Positions 1-10,153 of a stretch of DNA of 36,197 nt are shown here, piece after piece. The first letter of the stretch is position 1, and every line of letters starts with the position of its first letter. The stretch covers positions 1 through 36,197 of the forward strand of contig JAHLWZ010000211.1 in NCBI GenBank assembly GCA_020536535.1, given 5' to 3'. Source of the DNA: Pelomyxa schiedti. Lineage: Eukaryota; Protista; Evosea. The notes beneath the pieces are model-generated. The model saw only the letters and a program-made list of their open reading frames with translations, did no database searches and was not told the origin of the DNA. Position numbers and translations under genes: made by a program.

Positions 1-1286
1 ATACTCATAACAGCATGAAGGCTGACTCAAGTCATCTGATGGTGATGAGACGCTATACACTTCACGCACCAGTGTTTCACCATGTTTACACAAGCCAACG
101 ATGTGTGAAGGCCAGATTGTGTCAAGACTTCTGTACACCTCAGAGAATGACCGACTGTGACCAGTCTCGGTGTTGAAAACTCTGGAGCCACCACCCACCT
201 CATCATACAGAATGAGGATGGTTCGTGGTGAGGACCAAACCAAGTCACAAGGATTCTCTGCTGTGTTTGGCAGAAAGAAGCTCCTCTCAGACACCACCAC
301 AGTTACACGAGCTTCAATACTCTTCTCAAGGTCGACAAATGAAATTGAAGAGAACCACGGTGGATCCTCTTCCTCTTCTTCTTCTTCAGAACCACAGTAC
401 TTGCCAACAATAACAATCACATCACCACAAGGATCAAAAGGAGATAGCCTCACACAGCAACCACTGAGTGGCACGGTGCACCTCACGCCGACGCTGTTGG
501 AAACGGGAACACCATTCGAGTTCATCCTCCACACATTCAGCTTCCTCGCTGAGGCATGCACTTCCACCCTCACAAGCCACTTTTTGTTGCTGACCCACCA
601 CCCGCGCATGTCATACCGGCCAGGCTCGCCCTCCAGCGCCGCCACCAGCTTCCCCTCGCCGTTCACAATGCATGCGCCGGTCGAGTTGTTTTCCACGAAA
701 TTGTCACTGCCGCCGCCGCCCAGGCACTCCTCGATCGACCCCTGGGAACTGCGATCGTCGAACAGGTGGAACTTCCACATGCCCAGGCACCGGCACGACA
801 CGACGCCGAGGGTCNNNNNNNNNNNNNNNNNNNNNNNNNNNNNNNNNNNNNNNNNNNNNNNNNNNNNNNNNNNNNNNNNNNNNNNNNNNNNNNNNNNNNN
901 NNNNNNNNNNNNNNCACGAAATTGTCACTGCCGCCGCCGCCCAGGCACTCCTCGATCGACCCCTGGGAACTGCGATCGTCGAACAGGTGGAACTTCCACA
1001 TGCCCAGGCACCGGCACGACACGACGCCGAGGGTCACACTCAGGCCCAGGAACACGTGGACTGAGGTGGTTGTTGAGTTCCGCTCGGGGATCTTGACCGA
1101 GGCTCCGATCCACCTGGAGCAACCGACGACCCAGTCGCGGCCGAACTGCTCGCACAGCGCCCGATTGTGGGACAGCAGCCTCGCTGGGCTCCCTCTCCCG
1201 CACCTCTCCAGCCATGAGCACGCAAAACCACCAACAAACTGCGATCGCGCCTCGATCACTGCCCGAATCGTCCCCGTTAGTTTCAT
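1..1286 (-). CDS. Orphan 'ARxQ' family protein, copy 1 (3'-truncated by the window, spans a scaffold gap)
   Basis: ATG at 1286 gives MKLTGTIRAVIEARSQFVGGFACSWLERCGRGSPARLL...FGRDWVV...LGLSVTLGVV. After removing the gap and its duplicated flank (221 nt), the frame continues without a stop (…DNFVENNSTG…SNKKWLVRV…LNVWRM…VDLEKSI…) to base 1. It shares motifs with the other copies. Confidence 0.8.
694..1035. other. 100-N scaffold gap (815-914) with identical 121-nt duplicated flanks
   Basis: 694-814 is identical to 915-1035. Collapsing the duplicate restores the reading frame of the surrounding gene. Confidence 0.9.
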
Positions 1287-1476
1287 TTCGATTTTTGGTT
1301 GAATGTTACGCCGCTGTTTTCATCAAACCTGGGGACATTGTGGTTCACCTAAAATGATGGTGTCGTTTCCTGACTGAAAATGAGAGGGTGTTAGTGTCAT
1401 TAATTGATAATAATGTCGAAGGGTGTGGTTTTTTATTATTACTTTGTTTTGTTTGTCTCATACAGGAGGTTGTGCA

Positions 1477-2966
1477 ATGCAAGCCAATAAAGGAGTCGAA
1501 ATTGTGGGGCAACCATTTGGAAAGTCACCCCTCTTTGCCTCGAGCCAGTTCATTTCATTCGCTTCGGCAGCCTACCGGTACCACCATCACTTTCCTTTAC
1601 ACAACTGTCACCAAACTTTTCTAGTGCAGCACAACAGGATGAAACGAAGCAACAAATTGCTGAAAGTGATGACTCCAGCTGTAACATGGTTGTTGAGGGT
1701 GGGGCTGGTGTAACCTCCTCTACTTGTTGCTATGCTGGGATGTTGCCTCTTTGGATTGTTGTGGAGTGCATTGGGAAGAAGTGGGTGATGGCTGTTGAGA
1801 GGGTAGTGGCTGTTCAACCTGATGGGCCAAACCTTCCACTTGACACCGAGGGCATCATGTTCAGCATCTCATACACTCTGGGCATTGTACAAAGGCCTGT
1901 CTTTGTCGAGCTGTATTTTACAGTTATTGGCTGGATTTCTCCTGACAGAACTGTGGAGCGTTACATTGGAGACGATGGAACCATTATTTTTGTTGAGGAC
2001 CAGCACACTGGTGAGGTGGTAATGGGGCCTGTTGAACTTGAGGCAGAGGCACAGGAGTCACAGCTTTACGCTTGCAACACGAAATGGATTGTGTTGACAC
2101 AGAGTCCTGACTTGCTTATGGTGTGGAAAGTTGTTGATGGAAAGGTTGTGTCTGACTGTGTAACCTGCTCCTGGCTGGATTATGAATTTATAGACTACTT
2201 GGGCTTCATGCCAATCAGTGAGTATAACTTTGAGTCTGACATCCTTGAAGTGTTTTACTGGAAGTGTGGAGGAGGCGCAGATATTTATTATGGGGAGGAA
2301 GTTGGGGGTCTTATTGACTTGAACACGGTCTGGAACAAACATGCAATCAGAACCACAAAGGTTTTCAGATGCAATTTGGAGCATGCTTGGATACAAAGGA
2401 ACGAGCTGAAGGTGAATCCAAGACCACTTGTTGACCGCGCTGAAAGGAAGTACTACGTGCTCTGTAGGTCAGAAGGCATACTGGATTTGAGCACAGGGAG
2501 AGTCATGAGGAATTCTTATGGCACCGAACTGAAAGTAGTTGATGAATCACACATTGCTGCAATAAGCAGGGACCTCTCATCTACAGCAGTGGTTTCCCTT
2601 TCATCATTCCTCGCTGCCTATGCCATCACCCCCTCTGATGAGTTCTGCTATTCATCACCAAAAAGGAGCTTGGTTGAACCGTGCATTACACACCAACACA
2701 CACCAGGGACTGTGTTTGTGACTGCTGGATGGGGGCTGGTGCTATCTGTAATCCACTCAGAGAGTTCTCCAGATACTCGCTTGGTCACAGTCAAAGATGC
2801 TTTGTCAGGAACGGCTTTGTTTACAATGTCCATTCCAAGGAGCGAAAGGAGTGAGCGACTTCTGACACTCTTCCCAGTCCGATTCAGATCACCAAGACTG
2901 TATGGGTTCAGCACAGATAGAAAGATGAAAGATAATATGAAAGCATTTTCGTGTGTGATTCAGTAG
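1477..2966 (+). CDS. Orphan 'ARxQ' family protein, copy 2; join(1477..1577,1625..2966)
   Basis: MQANKG...LFASSQFISFASAAYR is in one frame and the 426-aa body (CCYAGMLPLWIVVECIGKKWVM...FSISYTLGIV...CNTKWIV...MVWKV...VKDALSGTALF) in another. A 47-nt GT...cttttctAG intron (1578-1624) joins them in frame. Its closest relative in the window is 34689-36197. Confidence 0.75.
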
Positions 2967-3069
2967 AATACAAGAATCATCCCTTCTCAAATAAATAACC
3001 GCCCTGTTGCCTTTTGTTGTTACAAAAATGATACATTTAAATGTTCTTACCAAGCCACTCTTCACTTGG

Positions 3070-3178
3070 GCAACCGACCGCCCAGTCACGGCCGAACTGC
3101 TCGCACAGCGCGCGATTGTGGGACAGCAGCCTCGCTGGGCTCCCTCTCGTCGATCACCGGGCGGATCGCGTTTCCCAT
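3070..3178 (-). pseudogene. 5' fragment of an 'ARxQ' family gene (copy-1-like) with an internal deletion
   Basis: 3070-3148 is near-identical to 1119-1197 (RGSPARLLSHNRALCEQFGRDW). It is preceded by MGNAIRPVID (compare TIRAVIE), but the ARSQF...RCG segment is deleted, the frame is broken, and similarity ends after ~80 nt. Confidence 0.7.
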
Positions 3179-3316
3179 CGTTTGTGATCTTTTTGATCAA
3201 CCCAGGTGGCCACGTTGTCTGATCCACCAACCCACGAGTCCCTCACTCAAACACCTCTGAAGAAAACGCTCATGGGTTGAGAAAATAAGCAACATCATCA
3301 AAACAAAAGGGTTGGC

Positions 3317-4424
3317 TCAAGAAGAGAATGTGATGAAAAGGGAACTGGATACAGTCACAGTGATGGCTGACGTGAATGTGATCATAAGGTACCCATTGGT
3401 AACACTGAATGTCGTCTGATGTAGGTCAGGGGGAGGGAACAGTGATGGAACAGAGATACAAAGATAGGAGAGGGAGATAGAGGTAAGAAAAGTGAAGTCC
3501 GAGAAAAGGCTAGTGGCCACTACAAGTACACACCGCAACGAGGGATCCAGCGAGTTTGGCTGTGACTTGCGTGGCGCTGCAGTTTCCGAGTCCGATTGAC
3601 TTTAGCGGGATGGAGCCGTACTTGAGTATGACCTGGGCCGTGCCGGCGGTTGTCCCCTTGACCAGGAAGTTGCCCCAGCCACCGCCGTCGCCGGTGCTGC
3701 TGCTGCTGCTGCTCCCGCTGCCGCAGCAGAAGAAGCACTGGAACGAGGGAGATGATACCCGCGGCAAGAACTTGAGGGTCTGGGCCGGGGAGCTGTACTG
3801 GAACCCGGTGAGCGCATCAATCAGGGACCACGATGATTGCGGCCGCGCGTACTGTATTCAGATCATTCCGGGATGTAGGGAATGTTAGATAATTTAAATA
3901 TTATTGCGGGGATTGTGAAGAAGAAGGAGGGGAAGGAGAATGGGAATGGGAAGGGTTACGTGATCACCGCATTCGACTTCTGTAGGTGGAATTAGGAAGA
4001 GCTCTTTTTTTAAGTGATTATTAGTGTGTTGGTGGAAGATACCGTTCCATGGGCTCCTTCTGGACCCATCTTGTCGGGCACGAATATCATCACAGATTGT
4101 GTTGCCCGTGTCACTGAGACCTTGGTAAAAAGCAAGTGCGGCTACTGGGTACTCCACACCACTCCAGCACTCATAACTACCAAAGGTTTTAGAGGAGTGG
4201 TTGAGGAGAGATCATCTATTACCTGTAAAGAATGGGAACTGGTGGTGCCCCCAAGGAGTACCTGAGTAATAGTGAGGATATGGCAAGTGTAGAATTTTGA
4301 AAAACTCCTACGTTCCAATCCACAAGCCATTATCGCGAGAGTCCATGAAGACACGAGGGGTTTGGGATGCTGGATCAAATCCCACTTGCCTGTTTTGATC
4401 AAATATACTTTGTGTTGCAGCCTA
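3317..4424 (-). CDS. GH116 glycosidase, second tandem copy (only 3' exons visible; 5' part lost in the gap)
   Basis: ~3524-4424 is near-identical to ~5309-6182 (MEYPVAALAFYQG...RRSPWN|EVECGDH|YARPQSSWSLIDALTGFQY...GGWGNF). The last exon is diverged (TTFSVTNGYLMITFTSAITVTVSSSLFITFSS*). Confidence 0.7.
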
Positions 4425-4524
4425 NNNNNNNNNNNNNNNNNNNNNNNNNNNNNNNNNNNNNNNNNNNNNNNNNNNNNNNNNNNNNNNNNNNNNNNNNNNN
4501 NNNNNNNNNNNNNNNNNNNNNNNN
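4425..4524. other. 100-N scaffold gap
   Basis: Run of N between the duplicated GH116 segment and a microsatellite. Confidence 0.95.
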
Positions 4525-4616
4525 TGTTTTGTTTTGTTTTGTTTTGTTTTGTTTTGTTTTGTTTTGTTTTGTTTTGTTTTGTTTTGTTTTGTTTTGTTTT
4601 GTTTTGTTTTGTTTTG

Positions 4617-4645
<29 letters not shown>
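4525..4645 (+). repeat. (TTTTG)n microsatellite, about 24 units, truncated by the gap
   Basis: Perfect pentamer repeat seen directly. Confidence 0.95.
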
Positions 4646-4647
<2 letters not shown>

Positions 4648-5139
4648 TATTTGGCTTAAAAGCCATCTTGCCGTCAACTTGGATGTATTCCCCAAGTTGA
4701 CTATTCTTGGCAAGTTGCTCCTTTCCCGATTGAGAATTCTCAGGGTGAGAATTTGTTGTGAGTGCAACTTGCTTGTGTTGGAAGTGTCAGGTGGGAACAT
4801 AGAATTTGCGAATCCCCAGAGTTTCGGCTGTCAGAACCCTTGTAGCATGCAACCCACTTAAGCCCAGACCGAAAAGTGATAGAAATCGTCATAAAACCAG
4901 TAACAACCAGAGTGTAAAAGTGCACAGAGGGACTGTGCAAGATATCATATGGTATTGAGAAGCAGTCTTTGCCATTTCCCTGCCATTCACAGATCTGTAC
5001 TTCTGAAAAGCACATGAGCTTGGACTCAGAGGATTCCGACAGACGTCGCTCATCTGGCTTGCAAGCCCTCACATACAACCTCGAGCACGCGATCGTCGTG
5101 TAATTCATTTGAAAGTTGTTGTTCCAGGAAATTTGGTTA

Positions 5140-8100
5140 TTATTCAATAAGGAGAATGTGATGAATAAGGAACTGGTTGTGGTCAATGTGATGGAAGACG
5201 CGAACGTAACCATCAAGTATCCGTTGGTCACACTGAACGTGATCTGTGTGTTTTTGGTCAGTTTGAATGTGAGGGGATGAAGGAATGGAATCAAAAACAA
5301 GGCTACTAGTACACACCGCAACGAGGGAACCGGCGAGTTTGACTGTGACTTGGGTAGCACCGCAGTTTCCGAGCCCGATTGACTTTAGCGGGATGGAGCC
5401 GTACTTGAGTATGACCTGGGCCGTGCCGGCGGTTGTCCCCTTGACCAGGAAGTTGCCCCAGCCACCGCCGTCGCCGGTGCTGCTGCTGTTCCCGCTCCCG
5501 CAGCAGAAGAAGCACTGGAACGAGGGAGATGACACCCGCGGCAAGAACTTGAGGATCTGGGCCGGGGAGCTGTACTGGAACCCGGTGAGCGCATCAACCA
5601 GGGACCACGATGATTGGGGCCGCGCGTACTGTATTCAGGTCATTCCGGGATGTAGGGAATGTTAGATGAAGTAAATATTATTGTGGGGAATGTGAAGAAG
5701 ACGGAATGGTTACGTGATCACCGCATTCGACTTCTGTAGGTGGAATTAGGAAGAACTCTTTTTTTTTGTGATTGTTAATGGTGTGTTGGTGGAAGATACC
5801 GTTCCATGGGCTCCTTCTGGATCCATCTTGTCGGGCACGAATATCATCACATATTGTGTTGCCGGTGTCACTGAGACCTTGGTAAAAAGCAAGTGCGGCT
5901 ACTGGGTACTCCACACCACTCCAGCACTCATAGCTACCAAAGGTTTTAGAGGAGTGGTTGAGGAAAGGTCATCTATTACCTGTAAAGAATGGGAACTGGT
6001 GGCGCCCCCAAGGAGTACCTGAGTAATAGTGAGGATATGGTAAGTGTAGAATTTCTGAAAGACTCCTACGTTCCAATCCACAAGCCATTATCGCGAGAGT
6101 CCATGAAGACACGAGGGGTTTGGGATGCTGGATCAAATCCCACTTGCCTGTTTTGATCAAATATACTTTGTGTTGCAGCCTATTTTGAATGAGCTGGCAA
6201 AAGTGGTGGGAGGAAGGAGATGTAATATACTTTTACATGCGCTTCTGGGAGGATGTATCCCAAGTCGAGGATAAATGCCCACCACTGGCCCAAAAGCTGA
6301 TCTGAAGAGAATCACTGGGTTTAAATTGTGAAAATAAATCCCAAACCGATAAAGCAGCCTGGAGAATACATGAGATGATGGTTTTTATGGAGGATAACTT
6401 TACCATTTCCAATTGCGCAGTTATTAGCATCGTAACCAACATTGACAAACCACCCGGCATCATTCCAACATAGTTTATCATAGTTAACAGTGCCCAGCAG
6501 ATACCTGTCCCGGTACTTAGCTGCCCTGGAGGTATCCTCAACCAAGAGTGCTATTGAAATAAGAGAACTCGAAAAATCTTCTTCATGTACCCATTTCTTC
6601 CATAGCCCTCAGAGCACACAGGTAAAGGCTACCAATGAATGTATTGGCACCATAAATACTGCAATCGTATGTATTAAATTGCTCGCCACGTATTACTCCG
6701 TCGCCTTGCACGTCATAGTCCGTCATGATGTGTGACATAAGCAGGCAAAGCTGTTAAGAGGAAAGGTTACATTAACGCACATTATTTTGGCGGGTCATTA
6801 TCCCAAATACCTGGGGCCTTAGTAAAAAGTGGTAAATAATGAATTTCAAGAAACAAAGTGAAAGCACACCATTTCTGGAGGAACCATGAAGAACTCCCCC
6901 CCTGCAACAATTCTCGGTAAGTCTTCAAGATGGTACCAAGCTCTCCATCCACTAAGATAGATTTAGCTTTCGTTCCATACAAACTGTTTACTTGCAACAA
7001 CACCGCCTTGAAAACTTGACCAAAGTTGCCACTCTTGCTTCATTTCAGTTGACGGAAGAACGGTTCTCTACCATTAATTAATTTAATTTGGGAAGAAATT
7101 TTGAACCTCAGGAATGACGCCATATGGACTGATTTTATCAAAGAGTTCAGTTTCTCGCATCCCCTGTGACGGATAATGAGTGTTTTCTCCAAGTATTAGT
7201 GAGGGTGAAGCGTACTTGTTCAAGAGTTGGGAAGAGCCGTGACAGTGTCATTTCATAATTCCACACCTGAGGAATTTATTAGGAATATCTTGCGCTCATC
7301 AACGGCATACATGCGTGCAGTCCATCGGGCAACAACCGCCAGTTCTTTGCATTGTACCACCTTATCTTAAGTTTCAGAAAATACAAAATTGGGAACATAC
7401 GAATCACAGCCTCCGGCACTGCAACCACAACATCCTTCAAATGCATGAAGTCTGCCAGAATCAGTAATGAAACGTGGAAAAAGTTAAGGAAGTTTAAAAT
7501 TGATGTAAGAGCTAAACAGAATGATTGGATATAAGTTGGACTTCGAAGTACTGAGATTCGACCTCCAGCGGATTCAAGGCTGACCAAGTATGAGGAAAAT
7601 CGTAGGAGGAAAGTGAATACGTACATTTGCCAGTTCAAGGTGCTAGAATAAAAACTGTCCACAAATGCTTGTGTAATTGCATCCAGTGTCGAGAAATTCG
7701 TTGTGATGTAGTTGACAACTTCCACAATTGAAGGCCAGAACCTTCAAGACGGATATTTATGTTATATTATACTTTCGAAAGTGGGAGGGGGAAGGAAACG
7801 TTGTGTATTGGTTCCCGAGCCAGAGCTTCGATTTCGAATCGGCAATCTGCAGAGGGTGAACGTGAAATTTTCACTGCAGTTTTGCTTCACAAACGTTATA
7901 CGGCTGGGAATAGTTCACCCAATGATTTGGGAAATGCCAGACAAGGGCAAAGTTGACTGTGTGCGTTGACTGGGCGGCAACTGTGAAAGAAACCTGGAAG
8001 TAGGATCAGAGGGTTAATTCGGCCAACTACAAACCAAGAACATACTATTGCAGCAGCATTCCACGTTGTGCCCGAAGGGGAAGGATCGGTTTGCCCCGGC

Positions 8101-9277
8101 TGAGGGGATGAGGTTTTTGTCTTTGTTGTTGTGGTAGTGGTTGTAGTAGTAGTCCCTGTTTTGTTGTTTTGGCATAAGCTGGAGAACGTGTGATTATAGT
8201 GGGGGACAGCAACCCATGAACTCAGCCCAAATAGTGTTCAGGTCGGTCCATTGTTCTATAAGTTGCACTGTGTCAGAGGCATCCGGGCTGAGGACGCAGA
8301 GGCCAACATGGCCTACGTAGGGAGCGCTGTCCTGTGTTCCTGTTTGGTACATTGACACCCACTTTGTACCATTCTGCTCAGGCGTGAGATGTTGAATTAC
8401 AAGGGCTGGTCCTTACAATTTGCGTTGTTGCACTGTTGATATTGTTTCCATACCCTGAATTTGACACATCTGTAATCTATAGGTACTTGTTAATTGAGTT
8501 ATTACACTTGGTTTTTTGCTCAACCTGGCTTTTGCCATCCCATCCAACAAAGTTTTGCTGTGTCATCATCAGAGAAGCTGACACAGGAGAGGTTGTGGTA
8601 TTGGAAACATTGAATTGGCAAATCACCACAGGCAAACCTATGTAATTTGAATCGTCATTTTAATTTATCCCTAGTGGAGGGTACATACTTGAGTACTGAA
8701 TGTTGAGCGGGCAAAATGGTGTGTAGATTCGAGAAGAAAACTGTAAAGCGGTTCCAAGGGCAGATGTGTCATATGAAAGTTCCGCAATTGGATATCTTGA
8801 AAAGGAGGAGATCAGATTTAGGCAGGAATTGAGTTTGATATTACACACTTAGCTGTCAAAGACAGGGAAGGGATTGAAGGAAGAGTCGAAAGTAGAGTCT
8901 TGCTGCTATCTGGGACCACATGGTCACTGACAAGAGGTGCAGGTGTGAAATCTTCGAGTGGAATTAGGAAGTGTCACCCCACTTTCTTTTCACGATCGAA
9001 ATTTTTTACCTGATTGATCATAGTTTTGAGAGCTTTGAAGCACAACACCATTAGTTCCAATTTTGGCAGCAAAGAAAGAATGTGGAACTTGTGCTGTATG
9101 ATACACCTCATTTACAATTTCCCATTGCCTGAACCCACCATCTCCACAAATTGAGACTGCACCGGTTCCTGTGAGAAATAGTAAGTCAGATGGCTTGATC
9201 GAATTTTCAGGAATGGACACACCAATTCCACCCATTGGCAGTGTCACAGCACGAAGATTTTCACCCGTGTAAATCAT
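5140..9277 (-). CDS. Glycoside hydrolase family 116 (GBA2/non-lysosomal glucosylceramidase-like beta-glycosidase), many introns; true start may lie upstream (up to ~9896)
   Basis: Exon translations include the GH116 N-domain (YTGENLRAVTLPMGGIG|TGAVSICGDGGFRQWEIVNEV, YPIAEL, FALVWHFP) and the catalytic domain: GRLHAFEGCCGC (putative nucleophile Glu), CCPMDCTHVWNYE, VDGELGTILKTYRE, GEQFNTYDCSIYG (putative acid/base Asp), QLLGQWWA and SPWNEVECGDHYARPQSSW. Stop at 5140. Confidence 0.85.
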
Positions 9278-10153
9278 ATCAGCCGTTTTTGGCCTAATGC
9301 TGCGCGAGATATAATTACAAAGTTGCCAATAGAATTTGGTGTGTTATACCCGTCGTTCTTGGGTGTCACAAAGAGGTACAAGATTGGGGTTGCTGCCTTT
9401 TGCGCGCAAGAAACAGCATTGCACAAATCAGCATCGGAAGATAGAGGAACAATTCCGCCATCACTGTTTTGATACTGATGTTGGGAGCGAAGATGTGGAG
9501 AGTCGGTAGGTTAATATGGAGATAAAATAAATAATAAGAAAAGAACACTACCGTCACAAGAATCCGTCCAGTAACACCAAATATTTTTCTCAAAAACGAG
9601 AATAACGAGGTTACGTCACGCTGCGAACTTTGCTGTCAAATCAAAGTTTAGTTCTTTCCTACACTCCCAAGCCCCCTTTGTTGACATTATGATAATACAC
9701 AGGGTATAAATACCAAAGAGAACCTCCTTGTTTGGTCGTGGCCCATTCGGGCCTTCACCGACACAACATCAACATCAGGCTCCGCAGCAGATTCGCAACA
9801 ATTTGCAGCCCCCTCACCACAACGTGCCCTGTCACATGCGCAATTGCAACCACACGACCCCAATGACAGGGGCATCTGTCGGTTGTACCTCTTCATTTGT
9901 GATCGGTTTTTTTTCAGCTCATCTGCGGCCAGATGGGCACTGTTTCCTGGAGATTGTGCTCCGTATTATAGGCCTCGAAATACAAGAGAAGATTATCACC
10001 TGAGGAGTGCGAGCCAGCGGTTCTAAGCTTATACCTGGCAATTTGATCAATTCGGTATCACCAACTTGGCAGAAAACCAAACTTTCGGCGCGACTACGGG
10101 TTGCGTGTAGTCTCTCTGCAGTTAGAAAGGGAAACCCCGGCAACCAACCGTTG

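Noticed and set aside
170-1302. Plus-strand ORFs 170-1096 and 556-1302
   Set aside because: They are antisense shadows of the minus-strand family gene and run through Ns.
4142-4861. ORFs with KQNKT / FCFVL repeats
   Set aside because: They are translations of the (TTTTG)n microsatellite and the N gap.
4650-5135. Possible gene in the 4740-5360 minus-strand ORF
   Set aside because: The first part is the GH116 last intron and exon. The rest has no recognisable motif and I could not build a gene model.
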